A stretch of 64,000 nucleotides of DNA, taken from positions 5,614 to 69,613 of the forward strand of contig DDSC01000031.1 in NCBI GenBank assembly GCA_002343265.1, given 5' to 3'. This document shows, in pieces, positions 31,297 to 39,819 of this stretch. The position numbers and the translations under genes are program-made. The stretch is from Micavibrio sp. UBA2400 (GTDB taxonomy: Bacteria; Pseudomonadota; Alphaproteobacteria; UBA2400). The notes beneath the pieces are model-generated. The model was not told where the DNA came from, ran no database searches, and saw only the letters and a program-made list of their open reading frames with translations. Numbering within the stretch: the stretch's first letter is position 1; each line of letters starts with the position of its first letter.

Positions 31297-32232
31297 CTAT
31301 TTGGCAGGACTGTTGAAGTGGCGCAGGAAGGCACTGTCCGGTGACAGCACCAGTGTGGTGTTGTCGGGTTTTAGTGCTGTGCGGTAGGCCTGTAGCGAGC
31401 GGTAGAACGCATAGAAGGAGGCATCCTTACTGGTCGCTTCACCCAGTACGCGGATGGATTCATTATCGCCTTCACCGCGGAGCTTCTGCGCTTCACGCTG
31501 GGCATTGGCGATGATTTCCACCCGCTCACGATCGGCGGCGGCGCGAATGGCCTGTGCCCGCTGCTCACCCTCGGCGAGTGTTTGCGCCGCGACGCGATCA
31601 CGCTCCGAGCGCATACGATCGAACACCGCTTGCAGGGCACGGTCGGGGAAATCCGCCTTGCGGACCCGAACATCAATGATCTCGATGCCATACTTGGAAG
31701 CTTTGGCGACATTGTTGACCCGCGCAGCAATTTCCCCGACGATGGCACCGCGTTGCTCGGATAGCAGTTGTTTCAGACTATAACGGCCCAGAACACCGCG
31801 CACGGCGTCATCTACAACTGGGCGTAACAGGGTGGTTAGACGGGCTTCATTCTGGACAGTTATGACAAAGTCACGCGCGTTGGTGACGCGATAGCGCACA
31901 AAGCTGTCGACAACCAGACGCGGGCGCTGATCGGCTTCATTGCTCGCCGCAACACCTTCCTTTGGGGTTTGCGCATCTTCGCCCATCAGCACCTCGGTGC
32001 TCGGCGGGTCAAGCGCGAGTACGCGTCGATCCAAGCGCACCAGCTCCTGAATGAAAGGGAGCTTGATTTGCAGACCGGGGGCGTCGTGGCCCGGTTCATT
32101 GATTGAGCGGACAAACTGTCCAAACTGGCGGATCACTACAATTTCGCGCTGATCTACCACGAACAGACTATCACTCAGGATAAAGCCAAGGCCCGCAAGG
32201 ATACCCAGTACAGTCAACAGGCGAGGGGACAT
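31297..32232 (-). CDS. hflC: Protease modulator HflC
   Basis: SPFH/band-7 protein with an N-terminal TM, directly downstream of hflK. Confidence 0.9.
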   Translation of the reverse strand: MSPRLLTVLGILAGLGFILSDSLFVVDQREIVVIRQFGQFVRSINEPGHDAPGLQIKLPFIQELVRLDRRVLALDPPSTEVLMGEDAQTPKEGVAASNEADQRPRLVVDSFVRYRVTNARDFVITVQNEARLTTLLRPVVDDAVRGVLGRYSLKQLLSEQRGAIVGEIAARVNNVAKASKYGIEIIDVRVRKADFPDRALQAVFDRMRSERDRVAAQTLAEGEQRAQAIRAAADRERVEIIANAQREAQKLRGEGDNESIRVLGEATSKDASFYAFYRSLQAYRTALKPDNTTLVLSPDSAFLRHFNSPAK

Positions 32233-32244
32233 GTCAGCTTCTCC

Positions 32245-33390
32245 TTAGTTGGTCGTTGCGGTCGGGGCCGCTGGAACAGCCGGGGCGCGGCGCAGGGAGT
32301 CGAGCGGCAGGTAGGGCATGACCCGCTCGGCGCCATTACCCTCAAGAATGATCTTGTTGGCTCCGCCCATCACCTGCTCCATTGTCTCCAGATACAGACG
32401 GGTGCTGGTGGTTGATTCAGCTTGCTTGTAAGCATTATAGACCTGCGTAAAGCGGTCGGCATCACCGAGCGCTCCAGCCACAATCTGAGCTTTGTAAGCA
32501 CGAGCTTCTTCCAACATGCGGTTGGCCTCGGCGCGGGCCTGCGGAAGGACCGAGTTGCGGTAGCCTTCGGCCACGTTACCTAGGCGGTTGGCTTCCTGCT
32601 GGGCGTTTTGGGCCTTGATGAAGGCATCAATTACGGGGGCCGGGGCCTCCATCCGCTGGAGCTGCACACTATCGACGCTGATACCTGCATCATAGGTGGC
32701 CATCAGATCGCGTAGGCGCTTCTCTACATCCTGACGGATGGCCTCACGGCCCGAGCCGATGGCGGTCATGATCTGGTTCTGCCCCATGACTTCGCGCATG
32801 ACGCTTTCCGCTGCTATCCGCAGCGTTACATCTGGCTCACGCATGTTGAAGAGGAATTTGACCGGGTCAGCGACGCGCCACTGCACAGTAAATTCCATAT
32901 CCACAATATTGGAATCACCGGTCAGCATCATCAGGGATTCCGCGCTACCATCACGTGAACGGGTGGCGTTTTGAGCCGGGACACCCATTTCTACGCGGTT
33001 AATGCGGGAGGTGGAAACAGCGGTATAGCGCTCAACCAGCGGGACCAGCCAGCGTAGACCGGGCTGCTCTTGCCGGACCATGGCACCAAAGCGCTGGACC
33101 ACCGCTACCTCGCCGTCGTTGATGCGATAAAAGCCGAGCAAATGTCCCTGTGCCAGCCCCTGAAGAGCGAGAAAAACGAGCAGGACCAAGCCAATCATGA
33201 CGGCGGTACCGCGCGGCCCCTGACCGCCCATCGCGTTTTTGAGCCGTTCTTGGCTACGGCGGATCATTTCATCGATATCCGGACCCTCCGGGCCACCGGG
33301 ACCGCGACCACTGCCCGAGCCACCTCCCCACGGATTACCTCCGCCAGAGCCGCCATTACCCCACGGGCTTCCACCTTGGTTCCACGACAT
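32245..33390 (-). CDS. hflK: Protease modulator HflK
   Basis: Gly-rich N-terminus (GGSGGGNPWGGGSGSGRGPGG), a TM segment, then the SPFH domain. Confidence 0.9.
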   Translation of the reverse strand: MSWNQGGSPWGNGGSGGGNPWGGGSGSGRGPGGPEGPDIDEMIRRSQERLKNAMGGQGPRGTAVMIGLVLLVFLALQGLAQGHLLGFYRINDGEVAVVQRFGAMVRQEQPGLRWLVPLVERYTAVSTSRINRVEMGVPAQNATRSRDGSAESLMMLTGDSNIVDMEFTVQWRVADPVKFLFNMREPDVTLRIAAESVMREVMGQNQIMTAIGSGREAIRQDVEKRLRDLMATYDAGISVDSVQLQRMEAPAPVIDAFIKAQNAQQEANRLGNVAEGYRNSVLPQARAEANRMLEEARAYKAQIVAGALGDADRFTQVYNAYKQAESTTSTRLYLETMEQVMGGANKIILEGNGAERVMPYLPLDSLRRAPAVPAAPTATTN

Positions 33391-33480
33391 CGCAACGTCC
33401 TTTCCTTACGGGTGCGCCCGCTTTATATACGCTGGCAGGGTAGCTCCGGCTAGGGGCTGCCGCAGATTTTTGAGGTTACC

Positions 33481-34506
33481 ATGAACGAATCGCAAATTCG
33501 TCAGATGCTTGATGACTGGCAGGTGCCACCCAGCCTGATCGGCGGGGTGAATGTTCACGCGGGGGTGGTAACCCTTGTTCTGGAAGTTGCGCCGGAGCGT
33601 GTTTCTGCGCTGGAACCAATGCGGGCTGACCTGCAAAACAAGTTGGCAACCGTGAAGGGTGTTGAGAAGGCGCAGGTGGTGGTAACCGCCGCCAAACCCC
33701 AGCCGACCGCCAAGTCCGAGCCAAAGCCGGTCGCGCCGGGCGTGAAGGCAATTATCGCCGTTGCTTCAGGCAAGGGCGGGGTGGGCAAGTCAACGGTGGC
33801 GGTTAATCTGGCCGCTGCTGCGGCTCAAAGCGGGCTCAAGGTGGGACTACTCGATGCAGATATCTATGGCCCATCGCTGCCAACGTTACTGAATATTCAC
33901 AGCGGTCCCCCCGAACTTGATGAGGATCGCAACATGATCCCGCCAATGGTGCAGGGCATAAAAGTCATGTCGATTGGCTTCATGATTGATGCCGAGCGGG
34001 CTTTGGTCTGGCGCGGGCCGATGGTACATAGCGCCATCAACCAGATGCTCCGCGATGTGGCGTGGGGCGAGCTTGATCTGCTCTTTGTCGATATGCCGCC
34101 GGGCACCGGCGATGCCCAGCTCACGCTCGCACAAAATGGCCGCCTGACAGGCGCTGTCATTGTCAGTACGCCGCAGGATTTGGCCCTGATTGATGCACGC
34201 CGGGGCGTGGCGATGTTCCAGAAGGTGGACGTACCCATCCTTGGCATTATCGAAAATATGAGCCTCTACTGCTGCCCCAACTGCGGGCATCAGGAGGCTA
34301 TCTTTGGGCAGGGCGGGGCCAAGGCTGAGGCTGCTAAACTTGGCGTGCCGTTGTTAGGTGAGCTGCCGCTGGACAGCCGCGTGCGTGAAACGGGGGATGC
34401 GGGATTACCTATTACAGTAGCCGAGCCGAAGGAGGCACAAGCCCAGCTGTTCAGGAAAATTGTCGCGGGACTAACCGTGCAACTGGGGATCGCCACAGCA
34501 GCCTAG
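33481..34506 (+). CDS. apbC: Fe-S cluster carrier ATPase Mrp/ApbC
   Basis: Deviant Walker A SGKGGVGKST, CPNCGH motif, and an N-terminal DUF59-like segment. Confidence 0.9.
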   Translation: MNESQIRQMLDDWQVPPSLIGGVNVHAGVVTLVLEVAPERVSALEPMRADLQNKLATVKGVEKAQVVVTAAKPQPTAKSEPKPVAPGVKAIIAVASGKGGVGKSTVAVNLAAAAAQSGLKVGLLDADIYGPSLPTLLNIHSGPPELDEDRNMIPPMVQGIKVMSIGFMIDAERALVWRGPMVHSAINQMLRDVAWGELDLLFVDMPPGTGDAQLTLAQNGRLTGAVIVSTPQDLALIDARRGVAMFQKVDVPILGIIENMSLYCCPNCGHQEAIFGQGGAKAEAAKLGVPLLGELPLDSRVRETGDAGLPITVAEPKEAQAQLFRKIVAGLTVQLGIATAA

Positions 34507-35720
34507 CGCGAGACCCAGATGCAGGTGAGATCGTCTGAGAGCGGCGGGCGTTTGTAGGTTTGGAAGAACCTGTCCAGTAGGACCCGCATAGGTTTATCAG
34601 GTGCGGCCTTCCGGATATCCTCAATCCAGCTTTGCAGTCCGGCTTCTTCCAGTGCCTTGGGGTTGCTATCCGTGACTTCTTCAATGAGGGCGTCCGAGTA
34701 GGTGACCAAGAACGAGCCGGGCTCAAAGGCATGGGTGCGATCCGGATAGGTCGTGCGTTTGCTGACACCCAAAAAGAGGCCGCTGGCGTCCAGCAACTCA
34801 ACTGATCCGTCCGGGTTCCCAAAGACCGGGCTGGGCGCGCCCGCGCCCGCGTAGGTCAGCAGATTGGTAGCGGTATCGAAGATACCGACAAAGGCTGTCG
34901 CGAACTGCCCCATCGGTAATACGTCTTTAAGCGCAGAGTTCACTTCTGTCAGCCATTCACCGGGCTGTCGGCCTTTGAGCGGCGTGCGGTCGATGATGGT
35001 GTGAAGGCGGAAGGTGTTAATGGCCGCACCGATACCGTGACCGGAGAAGTCAACATTGATAACGGCCATGGCGGTGTCGCTATACTCAAAGATATTCCAG
35101 AAGTCGCCTCCCATTTCCGAGGAGGGCTCGAACAGGTAGTCGATTGTGATTCCGCGCGGCTCGATGACCTTTTTAACCTTGCGATCATCAGGAACCAGAG
35201 ACATTTGCATGTTGCGCGCCAGCTTCAGCTCGCTTTCAATACGCTCACGAAACTTCTTCATCTCGCGAATAAGCAGAAGTTTTTCAAGATGAAGGCGTAC
35301 GCGGGCCATGCACTCGCCGGGATTGACCGGCATGGCGAGAATATCGGTCGCCCCAGCCTTGAAGCAGGCAACACGCTGCTGGTCGGTGTTGAGTGTGGTT
35401 TGAATCAGAATAGGCAGATCAACCATGTCAGAGCGCTGGCGTAGCTTCTGGGTCATTTCCACACCGCCCATGCGGGGCATGCCATAATCAGCGAGCACCA
35501 GATCGGGTTTGAAACTGTCGATCTTTTCCAGACCTTCAACGCCATCATTGGCAAATTCGATCTGGGTTACACCCGCCCAGCCGACAAAGCGGGCCAGAAT
35601 CTGACGGTTGAATTTGCTGTCATCGACAATTAGGACGCGCGCATGGCGCAGCTGCAGGTCAAGTTCGCTTCCGTGCGCTGCGCCAGCCTCCGCAGGAGGG
35701 GCTAGCGTATGGTCTGTCAT
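34503..35720 (-). CDS. Response regulator with PP2C/SpoIIE phosphatase output (RsbU-like)
   Basis: N-terminal receiver (ARVLIVDDSKFNRQ .. DLVLADYGMPRMGG) and a C-terminal PP2C domain (MGGDFWNIF .. FSGHG .. TYSDALIE). Confidence 0.85.
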   Translation of the reverse strand: MTDHTLAPPAEAGAAHGSELDLQLRHARVLIVDDSKFNRQILARFVGWAGVTQIEFANDGVEGLEKIDSFKPDLVLADYGMPRMGGVEMTQKLRQRSDMVDLPILIQTTLNTDQQRVACFKAGATDILAMPVNPGECMARVRLHLEKLLLIREMKKFRERIESELKLARNMQMSLVPDDRKVKKVIEPRGITIDYLFEPSSEMGGDFWNIFEYSDTAMAVINVDFSGHGIGAAINTFRLHTIIDRTPLKGRQPGEWLTEVNSALKDVLPMGQFATAFVGIFDTATNLLTYAGAGAPSPVFGNPDGSVELLDASGLFLGVSKRTTYPDRTHAFEPGSFLVTYSDALIEEVTDSNPKALEEAGLQSWIEDIRKAAPDKPMRVLLDRFFQTYKRPPLSDDLTCIWVSR

Positions 35721-36445
35721 GTCAGGAAGCGCAGGGTGGTCACGCGCCCTCCGTGGGTCACATTCATGGCCAGCGTCAGCGAGCGGATGATGGCAAGGCC
35801 GCGACCGGCCGGAGCGAAGGGGTCCATATTCGCAGGTAATTTGCTCTCATCATAACCGTTACCTTGGTCGATGATCGAAATGTCGAGGAATTCGTGATCC
35901 CATGAGGCAATCACATCAACACGGCGACGTGCTTCCGGTCCCACCATACGCGATTGCAGTTCCTGCGCAAACTTGGCAAAGTTGCCGACATCGCCTTTCA
36001 TGTTGCTCTCAAGGCCGAGATTACCGTGCACAACAGCATTGGAAATGGATTCATGCAGGGCTAACTCCACATCCGGGCGACGGATCGGGGTGAGGACCCC
36101 GCGCGCTGCTAGCGCATCACACACCAGAGCAGCGCTGTCGATGGTATAAGCCGTGCTCGTGGTAAGAGAGAAGCAGAGCTTGCGGGCACCGATGCCCTCC
36201 AGCGTTGTGCTGGTCAGCTGGTCCTCAGCCGAGGTAAGTTCAACGTAGCCTTGATAAGGCTGGGATAAAGCCTGGCTGATTGCCGTGCCATCCATTGAGG
36301 CACTGACTAACACGGCAACGCCGTTGCCAGCCGCAGGGTGTGTACCCTGTGGGGCCAGTGTAAAGCCGTGCCGCTGGGCGACACCGTGAAGAATTTCATC
36401 AGGAACACCGTTGCCATACAGGTGTGCAACGGACGCGGCGGCCAT
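35717..36445 (-). CDS. RsbW-like anti-sigma serine kinase (HATPase_c) with N-terminal extension
   Basis: ORF 35717..36568 trimmed to the ATG at 36445 (GAGGAGG SD 6 nt upstream, no overlap with the STAS gene). N-box ESISNAVVHGN, G-boxes IIDQGNGYD and GRGLAII. 4-nt overlap with the downstream PP2C gene. Confidence 0.7.
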   Translation of the reverse strand: MAAASVAHLYGNGVPDEILHGVAQRHGFTLAPQGTHPAAGNGVAVLVSASMDGTAISQALSQPYQGYVELTSAEDQLTSTTLEGIGARKLCFSLTTSTAYTIDSAALVCDALAARGVLTPIRRPDVELALHESISNAVVHGNLGLESNMKGDVGNFAKFAQELQSRMVGPEARRRVDVIASWDHEFLDISIIDQGNGYDESKLPANMDPFAPAGRGLAIIRSLTLAMNVTHGGRVTTLRFLT

Positions 36446-36455
36446 GACGGCCTCC

Positions 36456-36764
36456 TCAGTCTTCGATATTAAAGATGGTACCGAACTTGGCGATATCCAA
36501 GATCCGGCGGACCTGATTGTGCGCACCGCGCAGAACCAGTTGGCAATCATTACGCTCGGCGGTATCACGTGCGATCAGGAACATGCCCAGACCGCTGGAA
36601 TCTACAAATTCAAGCCCGGCGAGGTCGAACACGAATTTTTGCCCCTTCACCGGTTCATCAAACAGCGCCATCACGCTGCGAAACTGCTCGTGGTCAGTAA
36701 AGGTCAGGCGGCCACTGAGCAGAACTTCAGTCGTCGTGTCCGTCTTGCGTACCTTGTAATCCAT
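36456..36764 (-). CDS. STAS-domain anti-sigma-factor antagonist
   Basis: 102 aa. LEFVDSSGLGMFLIAR carries the conserved phosphorylatable Ser context. Confidence 0.85.
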   Translation of the reverse strand: MDYKVRKTDTTTEVLLSGRLTFTDHEQFRSVMALFDEPVKGQKFVFDLAGLEFVDSSGLGMFLIARDTAERNDCQLVLRGAHNQVRRILDIAKFGTIFNIED

Positions 36765-36981
36765 AGACTTCCTCCACCGGGCCGAACGGCCGTATCACGA
36801 ATTGCGCCGTCAGGAGCCAATAGAATCTGGCCGACAGCAAGTACCCGCAGGTCATAGAGCACCATAACAAAGTTAGTGAGTCATTAACACGGGGTGATTC
36901 TTGCTAACGAAGTCAGAAAATCCTTTGCCGATGCAGGGTTGCATCGCTGGAGTCGGATAAAATTATAGGCAAATGGAGTCA

Positions 36982-37007
36982 GAAAAAGACCGCGCCGAAG
37001 CGCGGTC
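36982..37007 (-). terminator. Intrinsic terminator downstream of the metallophosphoesterase gene
   Basis: On the minus strand: GACCGCGC-UUCG-GCGCGGUC followed by UUUUUC. Confidence 0.65.
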
Positions 37008-37116
37008 GTAAGTTTTCTTGGGGAGGAAACACCCAGCAGGGTGTTACAGAGATTGCTCGCTGCGCTGCGAATTTATTGCTGCAGTGCGGTATTGTCAATC
37101 GACAAATTGATAAATA

Positions 37117-37947
37117 TCAAGTGATTGAGGTCTGAAGGACGCGCCGCTGGTCTTGTTCCAATACCAGTGCCGTGAGGCGTCCGCTGGCATAAGCGCCGGT
37201 ATCAAGGCCGATGCGGTGATGCAAAAGTTCTGGCTCCGGGCTGATGGTGTGGCCATGGACAATAATTTTTTCGAGTGGATGGGGGTGATGGAGAAAGTGA
37301 TCGCGAATCCATAGCCGCCAGTTATCCGTCTGCTCGTGCAGGGGCTCGCTCGGATTAACTCCAGCATGGACAAAATAATAGTCACCAAACTCTGCATAAG
37401 TTGGACGCCGGCGGATCCAGTCCAGATGATCTTGCGGAAAGTGCTCACGCAGCAGATGTTTAAGACGTTCCAGCCGCTCAGGGCTGGGGGTGCCATGCTC
37501 GTAGGGGATGCGATAGCTGGCTAGTGTTTGTAGGCCACCATACAGCAGCCAGCCGGGCAGAGGTGGCTGGTCGCTAAAATAACGCAGTAAGGCCTGCTCG
37601 TGGTTTCCCATCAGGCACACACTTTCAATGTCCGCGGGCAAAGGGTTCATCAGCCGCTCGACCACCTCACGCGAATGTGGCCCGCGATCAATATAGTCGC
37701 CTAAGGTGACGAGAATGCAGCGGCCGGAAAAATCCTCGCGGTCGCGTTCAATTTGGGCGATCAGATCATTCAGACAGTCCAAGCGGCCATGAATATCGCC
37801 TACGGCATATATGCGCATGCCCTCGGGCGCACGTGCGGGCGTAGAGGTATGTTGCGGCGTCTGCGCCGCTGTTTTGGAACCAAACAATCCAAGCATGGAA
37901 CCAGTTATAGCGGATATTGTTGGCAATTGCAGCAGAAATGCAGCCAT
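37117..37947 (-). CDS. Metallophosphoesterase (PrpA/ApaH-like Ser/Thr phosphatase family)
   Basis: IYAVGDIHGRLDCL, GDYIDRGP, GNHE and VHGH motifs. The true start may be an internal Met (MRIYAVGD). Confidence 0.8.
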   Translation of the reverse strand: MAAFLLQLPTISAITGSMLGLFGSKTAAQTPQHTSTPARAPEGMRIYAVGDIHGRLDCLNDLIAQIERDREDFSGRCILVTLGDYIDRGPHSREVVERLMNPLPADIESVCLMGNHEQALLRYFSDQPPLPGWLLYGGLQTLASYRIPYEHGTPSPERLERLKHLLREHFPQDHLDWIRRRPTYAEFGDYYFVHAGVNPSEPLHEQTDNWRLWIRDHFLHHPHPLEKIIVHGHTISPEPELLHHRIGLDTGAYASGRLTALVLEQDQRRVLQTSIT

Positions 37948-38003
37948 GCAAGCAGGAGTGAAGATTGCCTTCGCTCCTGCCTAATAATCAACTGGGACAA
38001 GTC

Positions 38004-38744
38004 CTAAATCACCGGCATCATCGCGGCGACCAGCGGGTGCCGCACGATGTCGCACTCGTCAAGGCGCACCACAGCGATCCCGGTCACGGCCTCAAGCCGT
38101 CGCGCCAGATCGGATAGCCCGGACAGCCCTTCCAACAAGTCGCTCTGTCCGGGGTCACCGGTCAGGACCATGGTGCTGTGCCACCCCAGACGGGTAATGA
38201 GCATCTTGAGCTGGGCGTAGGTACAGTTCTGCGCCTCATCAACTACTACAAAAGCGTTGTTCAGAGTACGGCCGCGCATGTAGCCGATTGGGGCAATTTC
38301 GATTTCGCCCTCTGTCATCATCTGCTTCATGCGTTTAAGGCCGAGGCGATCACTCAGGCAGTCATAGAGTGGGCGCAGATAGGGGGCCATCTTGTCATTC
38401 AGATCACCGGGCAGGAATCCTATCGTTTCCCCGGCCTCAACTGCTGGGCGGGACAGGATGATTTTATCCACCTGACCGGCCTCTAATGCCTCCACCGCTG
38501 CACTAATGGCCAGATAGGTTTTGCCGGTGCCTGCCGGACCAAGGGCGAGGGTTAGCGCATGGCTGCGGATCGCCTCCATCAAGTCTTTCTGTTTAGGGCT
38601 CTTGGGTCGAACGTTTTTCACATAGCGCTGATCGCGGCGATCGTCGCGTCCGCTGTCGAGCGGATCCCAGCCACGCGGCTCGCTTTCGCGCGTGCTGACC
38701 GCATGCAGGTGGTGACGTATGTTCTTTTTGCCCATTTTACCCAT
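38004..38744 (-). CDS. phoH: PhoH-family ATPase
   Basis: Walker A GPAGTGKTYLA, Walker B VVVDEAQN, and GDPGQSDL; 246 aa. Confidence 0.9.
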   Translation of the reverse strand: MGKMGKKNIRHHLHAVSTRESEPRGWDPLDSGRDDRRDQRYVKNVRPKSPKQKDLMEAIRSHALTLALGPAGTGKTYLAISAAVEALEAGQVDKIILSRPAVEAGETIGFLPGDLNDKMAPYLRPLYDCLSDRLGLKRMKQMMTEGEIEIAPIGYMRGRTLNNAFVVVDEAQNCTYAQLKMLITRLGWHSTMVLTGDPGQSDLLEGLSGLSDLARRLEAVTGIAVVRLDECDIVRHPLVAAMMPVI

Positions 38745-38817
38745 AGATAGCTCCTAGGTTGAGGTGAGCAGCGCGAAGCCGGGTGAAAGACAGCGCGCCA
38801 TGACATCCGAGTCGCAT

Positions 38818-38975
38818 GAAAAAAGACCCCGGGGATACCGGGGTCTTGAAGTCAGGCAGTCGTTTCGGAGATGCGCTGCACAGGAGGCTACCGGAAAATC
38901 CGGGGGGCGCATTGCGCCCTGATCGGGAACCGGGTGGGGGGTGGCTCAAGCTACCTCTCACATCCATATGCTGCA
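38818..38975 (-). ncRNA. Candidate small RNA ending in a strong intrinsic terminator
   Basis: Minus-strand terminator GACCCCGG-UAUCC-CCGGGGUC plus UUUUUU (38818-38845). Upstream lie hairpins GGGCGC-AAU-GCGCCC (38905-38919) and CCGG-AUUUU-CCGG (38891-38903), and a CCUCCUG stretch (38881-38887). The 5' end is not defined. The only overlapping ORF is cut by the terminator. Confidence 0.35.
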
Positions 38976-39144
38976 CAACATCTAAACGGTAACCCGCTTT
39001 AAGGAATCCGTCACTAGCAAATCGTGTGAAGAATTTATGATAACATCCTGATTTTTATGCTGTTGCAGCAATGCCGCAGGATTGTGTTGATGCTTGATAA
39101 GTGCCGCTGCTATAAGGCGATTATAAAGCAGGGAGACGGCCACA

Positions 39145-39726
39145 ATGAAAGACGCCTTTTTAATGCGAGCGGTAAGCTTGGCCCGGCGGGACGGTATTCC
39201 ACCTCCGGGGTCGGTGGAGATCCGGGCGCATAAGCCGCTCGACAATGATCCTTACATTACAACAGCTATCCCCATGGTGTCGTTTCGCTCTCCTTCAGGC
39301 GATCCCTTGGCATTGTTGGAGAGTCTGTGGTCAGATGATGAACGTACCCACATTGTTGATCGCACCGCCATTTTAGTTAATCCGGAAACAGGGCAGCCTC
39401 ACGATGTAGGTTTGTTCTTCCAAAGCCGCCCCGGCTGCTATACCGCAGCATTGAGCCAGTGCGAAATTTCACTCAATCGTATTCGGCTTAAGACTGCCCG
39501 GGAGGGGCTGCGCCCCGGCATGAAAATGAATCAGCATGTCCGGGCCTTTCGACAGTCGCGCGATGCGTATTGCCGAGATCTTCTCGAATGCTTTGAAGCC
39601 GCTGCCGGCATGTTAGGTGTTACGGCGAGCCAGAGCATTCTGAAGAGCAACCGCTCACTCTTTCGTATCCCCGACGCGTTGCATCTTGCTGGGTGCCGGA
39701 GACTACCGCAAAAAATCTGTGGATAA
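39145..39726 (+). CDS. Hypothetical protein
   Basis: 193 aa with an SD (agggaga) 8 nt before the ATG. No recognisable motif. An AT-rich stretch lies upstream. Confidence 0.45.
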   Translation: MKDAFLMRAVSLARRDGIPPPGSVEIRAHKPLDNDPYITTAIPMVSFRSPSGDPLALLESLWSDDERTHIVDRTAILVNPETGQPHDVGLFFQSRPGCYTAALSQCEISLNRIRLKTAREGLRPGMKMNQHVRAFRQSRDAYCRDLLECFEAAAGMLGVTASQSILKSNRSLFRIPDALHLAGCRRLPQKICG

Positions 39727-39819
39727 CCAGAGCGGAGTCTGCCTTCGCCATTGACAGTGCTCCGATTCGGCTGGGAAACCTGTGTCCAATTGGACACGCT
39801 ATGTCGTGTGGAGGATTTC

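Noticed and set aside
36908-36990. Direct repeat AGTCAGAAAA occurring twice, about 65 nt apart, in the STAS-gene upstream region.
   Set aside because: It is only 10 nt long, and one copy is simply the A-run flank of the terminator. That is too little to call a repeat element or operator.
38885-38960. Cobalamin-riboswitch-like string on the plus strand (ggctaccggaaaatccgggg .. gggaaccgggtg).
   Set aside because: The resemblance is limited to short pieces. I could not find a B12-box-like core in the right order. The terminator belongs to the opposite strand, and the nearest plus-strand ORF is an unrelated hypothetical gene about 190 nt away.
38737-38976. A 79-aa minus-strand ORF upstream of phoH.
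   Set aside because: A strong intrinsic terminator (38818-38845) lies inside it. It has no SD and a Pro/Gly/Ser/Arg-rich translation. The region is better explained as non-coding RNA.
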